Source of the DNA: an uncultured Hyphomicrobiales bacterium
Lineage (GTDB): Bacteria; Pseudomonadota; Alphaproteobacteria; Rhizobiales; TMED25
Reading direction: 5' to 3'
Assembly: GCA_905181735.1 (NCBI GenBank)
Contig: CAJIYR010000004.1
Coordinates: 1,225-65,224 of the forward strand
Length of the DNA stretch: 64,000 nt
Numbering within the stretch: the stretch's first letter is position 1; every line of letters begins with the position of its first letter. A program made the position numbers and the translations under genes. Positions 33,385 to 43,535 of this stretch are shown one piece after another. The notes under the pieces are model-generated. The model searched no databases and was not told where the DNA came from. It worked only from the letters and a program-made list of their open reading frames with translations.

Positions 33385-35295
33385 TTATTCATCATCTTTA
33401 TTGTCTTTGATTTCTTCAAAATCAGCATCCATCACATCACTATCATCAAAAGATTCATTATTTTCATCTAAATTATTTTCTGAATTATTTTGTTGTTCTT
33501 TATACATAGCTTCTCCAAGCTTCATTGAAGCTTGGGTTAAAGTTTCTGTATTCTGCGATATTTCGATAACATTCTCTGATTCTATAGATTTTCTAAGTTC
33601 ATCAATAGCATCTATAATTACACTCTTATCTGATTCTGATACTTTATCACTATATTCTTCTAATGTTTTTTCAGTGCTATGAATAAGGGCTTCAGCCTGA
33701 TTTTTAGCTTCAATAAGTTCACGTTGTAACTTATCTTCCTCCGCATGAACTTCTGCATCTGCAACCATATTTTCAATATCTTCATCTGACAAACCACCAG
33801 ATGCTTGTATTTTTATTGAATGTTCTTTATTTGTTGCCTTATCCTCTGCTTTAACATTCACTATGCCATTGGCGTCGATATCAAAAGTAACTTCTATTTG
33901 AGGTATTCCTCGTGGAGCTGGTGCAATTCCAATTAAATCAAAGTTACCTAATAATTTATTATGGGCAGCCATTTCTCTTTCACCTTGAAACACTCTAATA
34001 GTAACAGCTGATTGACTGTCTTCAGCTGTAGAAAATGTTTGACTCTTTTTTGTTGGTATTGTTGTGTTTCTATCAATTAAGCGAGTAAAGACTCCACCTA
34101 AAGTTTCAATCCCAAGAGAAAGTGGGGTAACATCTAGCAAAAGAACATCTTTTACGTCACCTTGTAAAACGCCAGCTTGGATTGCAGCCCCAATAGCTAC
34201 AACTTCATCAGGATTTACACCACGATGTGGTTCTTTACCAAAAAACGAACTAACCATTTCTTGCACTTTTGGCATCCTTGACATTCCACCAACTAGAACT
34301 ACCTCACCAATTTCACCAGGTTTTAAGCCGGCATCTTTAATTGCTTTTTGACAAGGAATCATTGTTCTTTCAATTAAATCAGCAACTAAATTTTCAAATT
34401 TTGCCCTAGTAAGTTTCATGTTTAGATGTTTAGGTCCAGATTGATCTGCTGTAATAAAAGGCAGATTTATTTCAGTCTGTGTTGTTGAAGATAATTCAAT
34501 CTTTGCTTTTTCAGAAGCTTCTTTTAATCTTTGAAGAGCAAGCTTGTCTTTCAATAAATCAATACCTTGTTCTTTTTTAAATTCTTCTGCAAGATAAGAT
34601 ACTAATCTCAGATCAAAATCTTCTCCGCCTAAGAATGTATCGCCATTTGTTGACTTCACTTCAAAAACACCATCGCCTATCTCTAACACTGAAATATCAA
34701 ATGTTCCGCCACCTAAATCATAAACCGCAATAATTTCTCCATCTTTTTTATCAAGGCCATATGCAAGTGCAGCAGCAGTAGGTTCGTTAATTATACGCAA
34801 GACTTCTAAGCCAGCTATTTTTCCAGCATCCTTTGTTGCTTGTCTTTGTGCATCATTAAAATATGCAGGTACAGTTATCACTGCTTGCGTAACATCTTCA
34901 CCAAGATATGATTCAGCTGTTTCTTTCATTTTTTGAAGGATGAAAGCCGATATTTGAGAAGGAGAATATTTTTGTGATCTAGCTTCTACCCACGCATCAC
35001 CATTATCTGCTTTTGCTATTGAATAGGAAACTAAGTCTTTGTCTTTTTTTACAAGCGGATCATTAAATTTTCTTCCCATAAGTCTTTTAACCGCGGAAAG
35101 TGTATTTTCAGGATTTGTAACGGCTTGTCTTTTTGCCGGTAGTCCAATCAGCCTATTGGAATCTTCTGTAAAAGCAACCATTGATGGTGTAGTACGAACA
35201 CCTTCGGAATTTTCAATTACTTTTGGTTCTTTTCCCTCCATAACAGCAACACATGAATTAGTTGTGCCAAGATCTATACCTATTACTTTAGCCAT
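33385..35295 (-). CDS. dnaK: chaperone DnaK
   Basis: [26 protein letters not shown]-terminal DADFEE. Confidence 0.99.
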   Translation of the reverse strand: MAKVIGIDLGTTNSCVAVMEGKEPKVIENSEGVRTTPSMVAFTEDSNRLIGLPAKRQAVTNPENTLSAVKRLMGRKFNDPLVKKDKDLVSYSIAKADNGDAWVEARSQKYSPSQISAFILQKMKETAESYLGEDVTQAVITVPAYFNDAQRQATKDAGKIAGLEVLRIINEPTAAALAYGLDKKDGEIIAVYDLGGGTFDISVLEIGDGVFEVKSTNGDTFLGGEDFDLRLVSYLAEEFKKEQGIDLLKDKLALQRLKEASEKAKIELSSTTQTEINLPFITADQSGPKHLNMKLTRAKFENLVADLIERTMIPCQKAIKDAGLKPGEIGEVVLVGGMSRMPKVQEMVSSFFGKEPHRGVNPDEVVAIGAAIQAGVLQGDVKDVLLLDVTPLSLGIETLGGVFTRLIDRNTTIPTKKSQTFSTAEDSQSAVTIRVFQGEREMAAHNKLLGNFDLIGIAPAPRGIPQIEVTFDIDANGIVNVKAEDKATNKEHSIKIQASGGLSDEDIENMVADAEVHAEEDKLQRELIEAKNQAEALIHSTEKTLEEYSDKVSESDKSVIIDAIDELRKSIESENVIEISQNTETLTQASMKLGEAMYKEQQNNSENNLDENNESFDDSDVMDADFEEIKDNKDDE

Positions 35296-35380
35296 TACAA
35301 AACCCTTTCCTTAAGCTTAATAAATGTTAATTTGTTTATTTAATGTAAAAATTTAAAATTAAAAATAATCCCTATGATTT

Positions 35381-35408
35381 ATATAATAGGTATTTTTTAA
35401 CCTGCAAG
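35381..35408 (-). promoter_or_regulatory. candidate sigma32 (RpoH) promoter for dnaK
   Basis: Minus strand CTTGCA-ggttaaaaaata-CCTATTATAT resembles the alphaproteobacterial CTTG...CCTATAT consensus, but spacing is imperfect. Confidence 0.35.
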
Positions 35409-35424
35409 TGCTTTTATAAATTTT

Positions 35425-36555
35425 TTATACTCTCATAGGCATTAAGACGTATAAGGTTGCTTCGTCTGCAGGATCTCTGATTAGGCTTGGGGCTCCAGAT
35501 TCTGAAAAAAAGAACTTAGTTGTATCGCTTATAAGCTGAGATGTTATGTCTAATAAATATTTAGAATTAAACCCTATTTCAATTGGATCATTATTATATA
35601 CGACAGGTATTTCTTCTATGGCAGTTCCTGAATCTGGACTTGTAACAGATAAAGTTAATAAATTTTCTTCTATAGATAATTTAATAGCTCTTCCTCTGTC
35701 GCTAGAGATTGTTGATACTCTGTCAACAGCATCAGCAAAAACTTTAGTCTCAACTGTCATTATTTTATCATTTTGAAATGGGATTACTCTTTTGTAATCA
35801 GGAAACTTACCATCAATTAGCTTTGATGTAAGTTGGATATTATTAAAAACAAATCTAATTTTAGTTGGAGATAATAGTATTTCAACATCTCCCTCTTCCT
35901 CATCTGTTAGTTTTTTTATTTCTGCAATTGATTTTCTTGGAATAATAACATCAGGCATGCCTTTTGCACCTTCTGGTAATGGTAACTCAGCTTGAGCTAG
36001 CCTGTGCCCGTCTGTAGATACAGCCCTCATCGTTGATATACTGTCTTCTTCATTATTAGCTTTGGCTTCATGAAAGTAGATGCCATTTAAATAATAACGT
36101 GTTTCCTCAGAAGATATTGCAAATCTTGTTCTATCAATTAATCTTTTTAATTCATTACCAACCATAATAAATTTATGAGAATGGTCATCGCTTGTTAATT
36201 CTGGAAAATCTTTTCTAGGAAGGGTTTGTAATTTAAAATTTGATTTACCAGACTTTAAAGTTAAAAATTCTTCCTCATCATTTTTATTTAATGACAATTG
36301 TGCTCCATCAGGGAGTTTTCTAATAATATCAAAAAGTAAATGTGCGGGTGCTGTGAGGTTGCCTCCATCAGTAATCTCGGCTTCAATCTCTTCTATAACC
36401 TCTATATCAAGATCAGTTGATATAAGTTTTAACCCAATTCCTTCTGCAATTATTAAAATATTTGATAATATAGGAATGGTATTACGTTTTTCGACAACAT
36501 TTTGGACGTGGTTTAAAGCTTTTAAGAATTTATTTCTATCAATAGTAACTTCCAT
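35425..36555 (-). CDS. dnaN: DNA polymerase III beta sliding clamp
   Basis: RNTIPILSN, EETRYYLNG, STDGHRL, FPDY, IGFN, VLMPMRV. Confidence 0.98.
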   Translation of the reverse strand: MEVTIDRNKFLKALNHVQNVVEKRNTIPILSNILIIAEGIGLKLISTDLDIEVIEEIEAEITDGGNLTAPAHLLFDIIRKLPDGAQLSLNKNDEEEFLTLKSGKSNFKLQTLPRKDFPELTSDDHSHKFIMVGNELKRLIDRTRFAISSEETRYYLNGIYFHEAKANNEEDSISTMRAVSTDGHRLAQAELPLPEGAKGMPDVIIPRKSIAEIKKLTDEEEGDVEILLSPTKIRFVFNNIQLTSKLIDGKFPDYKRVIPFQNDKIMTVETKVFADAVDRVSTISSDRGRAIKLSIEENLLTLSVTSPDSGTAIEEIPVVYNNDPIEIGFNSKYLLDITSQLISDTTKFFFSESGAPSLIRDPADEATLYVLMPMRV

Positions 36556-36676
36556 TTTTTTTCCACATTATTTATATATTTATGCAAAATGCATAGAAAT
36601 ATAAAAATAATACAATATTATCCTAATGTCTAATAGTTTAATTTAATAAGAATAGAATTCAAAGTATCAGTAGGCA

Positions 36677-38119
36677 CTACTCTCTTAACGAATTTCCTAA
36701 TGATTCAATGGAAGTGCGAATAGATGGGTCTTCTTTGATAAGACGTTCAATTTTTCTAACAGCATGTAAAACGGTTGTATGATCTCTTCCACCAAATTTC
36801 CTTCCAATTTCAGGCAAAGATCTAGAAGTAAGTATTTTTGCTAGGTACATTCCTATTTGTCTAGGGTAAACTATAGTTTTATGTCTTCTTGGTGATAATA
36901 AGTCTTGTTTAGTGACATTAAAGTGCCCACTAATAGCTCTTAGAACATCTTCTATCATAACTTGTCTATTTTGCTCTTCGCTTATTAGATCTTGAATTGT
37001 TGCCGCTGCTTCTTCAACTGTTATTGGTCTTTTATTTAGGCTGTGTGCAGCTATTATTCTATTCATAGCACCCTCGAGCTCTCTGCCAGAACTTTGAATT
37101 CTTCTAGCAAGAAAATCTAAAACTGCTTGTGATATTTCGATCCTAGGATTACCCCTTAGAGTCTGAGACAGTCTTTTTTCTAATATACCTCTTCTTATAT
37201 CAAAATCAGTTGGTCCTATTTGAGCAACTAAACCACCCGATAACCTTGATTTCATTCTATCGTCCAGCATTTCTAGTTTTGATGGAGGAAGGTCGCCCGC
37301 TATAACTATTTGGTGTTTAGAGGTATCTAAAGCATTAAAAATATGACAAAATTCTTGTTGAACTGCTTTTCCTTGAAGAAATTGCATATCATCAATTAAA
37401 AGAATATCAATATCTGAAAATATTTTTTTAAAGGATATTGTATCCCTTGCTTTAACCGCTTCGACAAAAGAGCTCATAAACCTGACTGCAGATAAGAAGA
37501 GGACTTTTCTTTCAGGTCTTTTAGACCGTGATTCCCAAGCTATTGAATTCATAAGATGAGTTTTGCCAGTACCAACAGGTCCGTGTATATAGAGAGGATT
37601 AAATTCTATAGGCTCGCTTTTTGAAGGGCAAGCTACCCTTGATGCAGCAGCATGAGCGAGAGCATTAGATCTACCAATTACATAATTAGAAAAAGTAAAC
37701 CTTCTATCTAATGGAGTTCCATGGCCCATAAGATCTAAGTCATCTTGTATATTAATATTTGAACTAGGATTTTTTTCACTACTACTATTTCTGACACCAC
37801 TATTAATATTTTGAATACCGTTTAAAGATTTTTCTTTGTTGGATTCCCCATGTGCTCTTACACGAAGCTCTATTCTTTTTATTTCAGAATTTTCAGCACT
37901 CCAAAGGTCTAAAAGTTTTTCTGAATACCTAGATTTTATCCAGCTCTTTAGAAATAAAGTGGGGACGGAAAGAGTAAGTGTACCTGCGTCATATGTACTT
38001 GGAACAACTCTAGTGAACCAACTATTATACAAGTCAGAACCAAGCTGAGAACGTAATTTTATAGTTATTTTATCCCACTGACTTTCTAGGCTATGCTTTT
38101 TCTTTACTGTTGTATCCAC
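36677..38119 (-). CDS. dnaA: chromosomal replication initiator DnaA
   Basis: NPLYIHG..GTGKTHL, LLIDD, RELEGA, SLPEIG..FGGRDHTTVLHA. GTG start with a GAGGG SD inside the upstream rhodanese gene. Confidence 0.98.
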   Translation of the reverse strand: MDTTVKKKHSLESQWDKITIKLRSQLGSDLYNSWFTRVVPSTYDAGTLTLSVPTLFLKSWIKSRYSEKLLDLWSAENSEIKRIELRVRAHGESNKEKSLNGIQNINSGVRNSSSEKNPSSNINIQDDLDLMGHGTPLDRRFTFSNYVIGRSNALAHAAASRVACPSKSEPIEFNPLYIHGPVGTGKTHLMNSIAWESRSKRPERKVLFLSAVRFMSSFVEAVKARDTISFKKIFSDIDILLIDDMQFLQGKAVQQEFCHIFNALDTSKHQIVIAGDLPPSKLEMLDDRMKSRLSGGLVAQIGPTDFDIRRGILEKRLSQTLRGNPRIEISQAVLDFLARRIQSSGRELEGAMNRIIAAHSLNKRPITVEEAAATIQDLISEEQNRQVMIEDVLRAISGHFNVTKQDLLSPRRHKTIVYPRQIGMYLAKILTSRSLPEIGRKFGGRDHTTVLHAVRKIERLIKEDPSIRTSIESLGNSLRE

Positions 38120-38559
38120 GGTAATCCCTCACACTTCCAGCCATTTGTTATTCCTCTTTTATGAGAAAGATCAGGGTCGCCTTCAAAACCATATAATACA
38201 TTGTATGAATTATCCCAGCCTATACTTGTCATTAATTTTGCCGCATTGCTTGATCTTGCACCGGAGCGACACATAAAAAATAGCGTATTATCTGAATTAA
38301 AATCCAATTCTTTAAGAATATTTTCAATTTCAAACTCAAAATTATGGTTTACATCCATTGAAGGATAATGTTGCCACTCGACATTATGTACATATTTATT
38401 TGCAGTAGATAAATCAGGCATTCCAACGAAATTTAATTCAGCTTTTGTTCTTACATCTATTAATTGTGAAGAGGGTTCAGACAAAAGATAATTCCAAACA
38501 TCACTAGGGTGAACATCACCAGCATAATCATTATTTTCATTTATTACTTTTACATTCAT
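38104..38559 (-). CDS. single-domain rhodanese-like sulfurtransferase
   Basis: LIDVRT.AE...VG.PD, active-site loop CRSGARS, GFEG, GW...GLPW. Confidence 0.92.
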   Translation of the reverse strand: MNVKVINENNDYAGDVHPSDVWNYLLSEPSSQLIDVRTKAELNFVGMPDLSTANKYVHNVEWQHYPSMDVNHNFEFEIENILKELDFNSDNTLFFMCRSGARSSNAAKLMTSIGWDNSYNVLYGFEGDPDLSHKRGITNGWKCEGLPWIQQ

Positions 38560-38670
38560 TTTTTGTCTAACTCGTATTTAAAATTAATAATAAAAACTAT
38601 TTTTTAGCTAGTATGAAAATATGTTTACATTAAGACTATAGCGGTAAATAAAAGAAAATTCAAAGTAGAT

Positions 38671-38702
38671 TTATTGATGATCAGTATGCTGATCATCAAT
38701 AA
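38671..38702. repeat. perfect 14-bp inverted repeat upstream of rhodanese-dnaA
   Basis: TTATTGATGATCAG-tatg-CTGATCATCAATAA. Confidence 0.92.
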
Positions 38703-39109
38703 TAACATCATTATAGCTCTAATAGAAACTTTGGATTATGTTGCAAGCAATTGAAGAACAATAAAAAAATCTGATTTAATAATTAACTATTTATTAATAA
38801 TTAAAATTTTAAAAAAAATATTTTTTGGTAATTTTTATTATATTATTTATAGGTGAATATATATGTATATGACATTTTCTAGCTAAGTTATTGTTATAAA
38901 ACGAATAATTTTTTTGTTTTTTTTGTATAAGTAGATTTATATTTGTTGACATAAATTATTTTTTTTCAAAAAATGATTCGGTAAAAAATTTAGTTAATTG
39001 CTTATTGTTATTTTAAGAAAAAACATAATTTTTTATTTATAAATTAGATTAGACACTATTATTTTTTTTGAAAAAGTAATTTATTGTGTATTGGGGTATT
39101 ATTAATCCT

Positions 39110-39136
39110 ATACCAAATAGCAATATTATTTGGTAT
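39110..39136 (-). terminator. hairpin downstream of rpsT (candidate terminator)
   Basis: ATACCAAATA-7 nt-TATTTGGTAT, 9 nt after the rpsT stop; no U-tract. Confidence 0.4.
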
Positions 39137-39145
39137 GAGATTTTT

Positions 39146-39412
39146 TTAGGAAGCCAGATTAATTATGCGTTTAGTTAAACGGGATATTTTCCTTGCGGCT
39201 TGTTTTCTATTGAAAGCACCTTTTTGAGCTCCCCGCATTAATTCCGGTTGAGCGGCTTTTAATGCTGCTTGAGCCAAAGATTTGTCACCTAATTCGATTG
39301 CCTCTTCTGCTTTTCTTACAGAAGTTCTAACTTTGCTTCTTCTCATTTTATTAACAAGTGTTCTAGTCGCTATTTTTCGAACCATTTTTTTAGCTGATTT
39401 AGTGTTTGCCAT
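39146..39412 (-). CDS. rpsT: 30S ribosomal protein S20
   Basis: [23 protein letters not shown]. Confidence 0.97.
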   Translation of the reverse strand: MANTKSAKKMVRKIATRTLVNKMRRSKVRTSVRKAEEAIELGDKSLAQAALKAAQPELMRGAQKGAFNRKQAARKISRLTKRIINLAS

Positions 39413-39458
39413 GCAATACTCTTATTTTAAATAATTAAATATATATATGAATAACACA

Positions 39459-39487
39459 CATATAATGGTCGAATGGACATACGTCAA
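39459..39487 (-). promoter_or_regulatory. candidate sigma70 promoter of rpsT
   Basis: Minus strand TTGACG-N17-TATATG; it lacks the T at -7, which is common in alphaproteobacterial promoters. Confidence 0.55.
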
Positions 39488-39498
39488 CAATATGTTTA

Positions 39499-40290
39499 TT
39501 ATTTATCTAAAAAATTTGGATTCCTTTTTTCTTTAAAAGCTTTTATTCCTTCAATGGAATCTTTTGTATCAAATAATGAATAGAATAGTTCTCTTTCATT
39601 TTTAAGATCCGCCGGCTCAAGCTTAAATTTTTCGTACTCACAATCCTTAATAGATTTTTTTATAGAAAGAATAGATTTTAAAGACATTTTTGATATTTTT
39701 GAAGAAATTTTCAACGCCTCCTCTATAAGATTTTCTTTTTTGTGAAGACTGTTAACTAAACCAATACGATAAGCTTCATTAGCATTTATTATTTTACCTG
39801 TTAAACACAACTCCATAGCATGTGATTTCCCAATAATTTTAGGTAATCGTTTTGTTGCCCCACCACCTGGCATTAATCCTAATAGAATTTCTGGTTGCGA
39901 AAACTTGGCGCTATCCGATGCAATTCGGATATCGCATAATAATGCTAATTCGCATCCACCACCAAGAGCATAGCCAGAAATAGCAGCAATAATTGGTTTT
40001 TTTATATCGTTCATATACAAAGGCCATTTTGCAATAAAGAATTCAATATTTTCTTCTTTATACCTTTTTAAATTGTCATCAAATTCGTTGATATCTGCTC
40101 CGGCAGCAAAAATAGTATCCGAACCTGTTATAATTATACATTTGATATTATTATCTTCATCGGCAATTCTCAATGCATTGTATAGTTCTTCTGTCATTTC
40201 TTCATTAATTGCATTCATATGACCGGGTCTATTTAATTTAATTAGATAAGTTTTAGAATGAATTTCAGTTAATATAGTTTTATATTTCAT
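39499..40290 (-). CDS. enoyl-CoA hydratase/isomerase
   Basis: LNRP..MNA, FAAGADI, GYALGGGCEL, QPE..LG.MPG.G. Confidence 0.92.
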   Translation of the reverse strand: MKYKTILTEIHSKTYLIKLNRPGHMNAINEEMTEELYNALRIADEDNNIKCIIITGSDTIFAAGADINEFDDNLKRYKEENIEFFIAKWPLYMNDIKKPIIAAISGYALGGGCELALLCDIRIASDSAKFSQPEILLGLMPGGGATKRLPKIIGKSHAMELCLTGKIINANEAYRIGLVNSLHKKENLIEEALKISSKISKMSLKSILSIKKSIKDCEYEKFKLEPADLKNERELFYSLFDTKDSIEGIKAFKEKRNPNFLDK

Positions 40291-41149
40291 GGTTTTGTAA
40301 TTCTTGACAACTGTTACAGAAGAAAGTTGACCTTCCTGATTGTTTTATTTTTTTAATTGTTCCAGAGCAATTTTTTCGGTTACATCTTTTACCTTCACAA
40401 TTATAAGCATTAAATTCATTTTGAAAATATCCCAAATCACCATTTGGAAGCCTGTGATCACTAATAGTTGATCCGCCAGCTTCTATTGCTTTATTTAAGA
40501 TAAATTTTACTGATTTTACAAGTTTTTTCATGTTATTTTCTGAATCTTTGTAGTCAGCTATTTCGTAGCACGAGGTAAGAGGACTTATTCTGGAGTGATA
40601 CAACGCCTCTGAAGCATAAATATTACCTATTCCACCTACTATATTTTGATCTAATAAAGCTGTTTTGATATTACATTTTTTATTTGTTATTTTATTTAAT
40701 AAATACTTAGTATTAAATTCATCACTTAAGGCATCTGGGCCAATATTTTTTAATAAACGGTGCTGATTTATTTCGCTGATTTTAGTAATGTCCATTAGAC
40801 CAAATCTTCTTGGGTCTATGTATTTAATTATTAAATTATTAGACGTATAAAAGACAACATGTGTATGTTTAATGTTTTTATCGTCATCTAGTGTATTTTT
40901 TTGGATTAAAAAATTTCCTGACATCCCTAGATGCACAATCAAAACATAATTATTATTAAGATAGATAAGAATATATTTTGCTTTACGGCCAAAAGAAGTA
41001 ATGCTACTTCCTTTTAATTTATCGATAAAATCTAATGGAAATGGAAATCTTAAATTTAGACGGTTCTGCTTAACATCTATAATAGAATGTTTTTCTATAG
41101 CCTTGCAAAGGCTTCTTTTAATAATTTCTACTTCAGGTAATTCAGGCAT
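40280..41149 (-). CDS. mutM: formamidopyrimidine-DNA glycosylase
   Basis: N-terminal MPELPEVE, HLGMSG, DPRRFG, GIGNIYA, C-terminal zinc finger. Confidence 0.97.
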   Translation of the reverse strand: MPELPEVEIIKRSLCKAIEKHSIIDVKQNRLNLRFPFPLDFIDKLKGSSITSFGRKAKYILIYLNNNYVLIVHLGMSGNFLIQKNTLDDDKNIKHTHVVFYTSNNLIIKYIDPRRFGLMDITKISEINQHRLLKNIGPDALSDEFNTKYLLNKITNKKCNIKTALLDQNIVGGIGNIYASEALYHSRISPLTSCYEIADYKDSENNMKKLVKSVKFILNKAIEAGGSTISDHRLPNGDLGYFQNEFNAYNCEGKRCNRKNCSGTIKKIKQSGRSTFFCNSCQELQNHEI

Positions 41150-41213
41150 GTGTTATAATAGATAATTATATTTTAAATTGAAATTAAAATAAGAGAAAAT
41201 TAGTAAAATAAAA

Positions 41214-41981
41214 ATGAATAAAAATAAAAATAAAGATTTAACGCACTTTGGTAATGCTATTGTATCAAAACAAGAGAAATCAATTAAAGTTAACAATGTT
41301 TTTAGTTCGGTATCTAATAATTATGATTTGATGAATGATATTATGTCAATTGGAGCCCATCGACTATGGAAAGATGCAATGGTAAATTGGATTCCACAAA
41401 TTGATTCGCATAATAGCTTTTGTCATATTGATATTGCCGGAGGTACCGGAGACATCGCATATCGTTTGCTGAATAGATTTTCTGATAATTTTTCCAGTCA
41501 TATTGTTGATCTTAATCCAGAAATGATTAACTTTGCAGTAGCGAGGTCTGAAAGGCAAAAGTTTTTAGACAGGATTAGTTTTTCTGTAGGTAATGCTGAA
41601 AAGCTGCCAATTAAATCGAATAGCATTGATTTGGTAACAATTGCTTTTGGAATTAGAAATGTTGTTACAATAGAGAACGCATTAAGTGAAGTATTTAGGG
41701 TTTTAAAGTATGGTGGAAGATTTATTTGCTTAGAATTTTCCGATGTATCTGTACCTTTGCTAGATAAGATATATGATTACTATTCTTTTAATGTTATACC
41801 AGAGCTTGGTCGAATAATTGCAGGTGATTTAGAGTCTTATCAATATCTAGTTGAAAGCATAAGACGTTTTCCAAATCAAAAAACTTTTTGCGAAATGATT
41901 GAAGGGGCTGGTTTTGATAATGTTAAATGGAGAAATCTATCTGGCGGAATCGCAACACTTCACTCTGCATGGCGACTTTAA
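41214..41981 (+). CDS. ubiE: ubiquinone/menaquinone C-methyltransferase
   Basis: YDLMND.MS.G.HRLWK, DIAGGTGD, AFGIRNV, YLVESIRRFP. Confidence 0.96.
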   Translation: MNKNKNKDLTHFGNAIVSKQEKSIKVNNVFSSVSNNYDLMNDIMSIGAHRLWKDAMVNWIPQIDSHNSFCHIDIAGGTGDIAYRLLNRFSDNFSSHIVDLNPEMINFAVARSERQKFLDRISFSVGNAEKLPIKSNSIDLVTIAFGIRNVVTIENALSEVFRVLKYGGRFICLEFSDVSVPLLDKIYDYYSFNVIPELGRIIAGDLESYQYLVESIRRFPNQKTFCEMIEGAGFDNVKWRNLSGGIATLHSAWRL

Positions 41982-41996
41982 TTAAGGTTTTAAGTT

Positions 41997-43517
41997 ATGA
42001 ATTTTTTTACTCAACTTGCTAACTCTACTAAGGTAATAATAACTTTTATAGGAAGCGATATTCCCGAAGTATTTATACCAAAAGGTCGGGGGGCATTTTT
42101 ATTTTCATTATTCTTTAATAAGAAGAAAAATAAAGATGCCTCAAGCAAATCTTTTTCATCAACTCTTACTAAATTAGGTCCTAGTTATATTAAACTAGGT
42201 CAGTTTTTAGCAACAAGACCTGATATAATAGGATTAAATTCTGCAGAGGAATTATCAATTTTACAAGATGAGGTACCGGCATTCCCAAGAGAAGAGGCTG
42301 AAAAGATAATATCCGATGAATTTGGATTACCAGTAAAAGATTTATTTATAGAATTCGATAACGTGGTAGCAGCTGCTTCAATAGCTCAAGTACACAAGGC
42401 TAAGATACGGCGCGATGAAATAGAGATAGACGTGGCTGTTAAAGTTCTTAGACCTGGTATCGAGGATAAATTTAACAGGGATTTTCAAGTTTTTTATTTT
42501 ATTTCAGGGCTATTAGAAAAATTTAACCCTTCCCTAAAAAGATTAAAGTTTGCAGAATCTATAGAAACACTTGAAAGGTCTGTAGATTTGGAAATGGATT
42601 TAAGGTTAGAGGCTGCAGCAATATCAGAAATGACTGATAATTTAATTGATTCAGATGAATTTATTTTACCAAGTATTTTTTGGGATAAGACTTCTAAAAA
42701 GGTACTAACAACAGAATGGATTGATGGTGTTTCTGTTGGAAACAAGCAAGCATTAATAGACAAAGGATATGACTTAAGTAGTATTGCAAGAATTATTATT
42801 CAATCTTTTTTAACGCAAGCCTTAAGGCATGGCTTTTTTCATGCAGACATGCACCCAGGTAATTTGTTTATAAATAATGACGGTAAATTAGTTATGGTTG
42901 ATTTTGGTATCATGGGAAGGCTGGGTCATAAAGAGCAAAATTTTTTAGCTGAAATATTATGGGGATTAATAAATAGAGATTACAAAAGAACAGCAGAGGT
43001 TCATTTCGAGGCAGGTTATGTTTCAGATAAAAGTAGAATTGATGAATTTAGTCAAGCTCTTAGATCTATTGGTGAGCCGTTGACAGGTCGTAATGCCAGC
43101 GAAATATCTATGGCAAGAGTATTGGCTCAATTATTTGACGTAACTGAACAATTTGATATGAAGACAAGACCTGAACTCTTACTGCTACAAAAAACTATGG
43201 TTGTTACAGAAGGTGTAGCAAGAAGTTTGGATCCAAATTTAAATATGTGGGATATATCAAAGCCAATAGTATCTGATTGGATGTCAAATACATTGTCACC
43301 AGCAGAAAAATTTAAAGACACTATGAATAGTGTTTCTGGATTAGGTAATATGATATCTCAGATACCTAACATTATTGATAAAGCTGAAAAAACAACAACT
43401 GATATTATTTCTATTTTAGATAAAACTGCTGAAAATAAAAATAAAAGAGATTTTAAAAGATATAAATATATAATATTGATAATAGCCGCATTAATAGTTT
43501 TAACAATTTTAACGTGA
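41997..43517 (+). CDS. ubiB: ubiquinone biosynthesis protein kinase-like UbiB
   Basis: LGPSYIKLGQ.LATRPD, AASIAQVH, VAVKV.RP, FFHADMHPGN, DFG. Confidence 0.95.
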   Translation: MNFFTQLANSTKVIITFIGSDIPEVFIPKGRGAFLFSLFFNKKKNKDASSKSFSSTLTKLGPSYIKLGQFLATRPDIIGLNSAEELSILQDEVPAFPREEAEKIISDEFGLPVKDLFIEFDNVVAAASIAQVHKAKIRRDEIEIDVAVKVLRPGIEDKFNRDFQVFYFISGLLEKFNPSLKRLKFAESIETLERSVDLEMDLRLEAAAISEMTDNLIDSDEFILPSIFWDKTSKKVLTTEWIDGVSVGNKQALIDKGYDLSSIARIIIQSFLTQALRHGFFHADMHPGNLFINNDGKLVMVDFGIMGRLGHKEQNFLAEILWGLINRDYKRTAEVHFEAGYVSDKSRIDEFSQALRSIGEPLTGRNASEISMARVLAQLFDVTEQFDMKTRPELLLLQKTMVVTEGVARSLDPNLNMWDISKPIVSDWMSNTLSPAEKFKDTMNSVSGLGNMISQIPNIIDKAEKTTTDIISILDKTAENKNKRDFKRYKYIILIIAALIVLTILT

Positions 43518-43535
43518 ACTCTGAGATGAAAATGC

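Noticed and set aside
38783-38797. TTAA-N7-TTAA CtrA-like site upstream of rhodanese-dnaA
   Set aside because: It lies in nearly pure A/T sequence where such matches arise by chance, and lacks the flanking C.
38560-39145. dnaA upstream region as the origin, or half of a bipartite origin
   Set aside because: The best DnaA-box matches I found have two mismatches; the hemE-proximal region fits much better.
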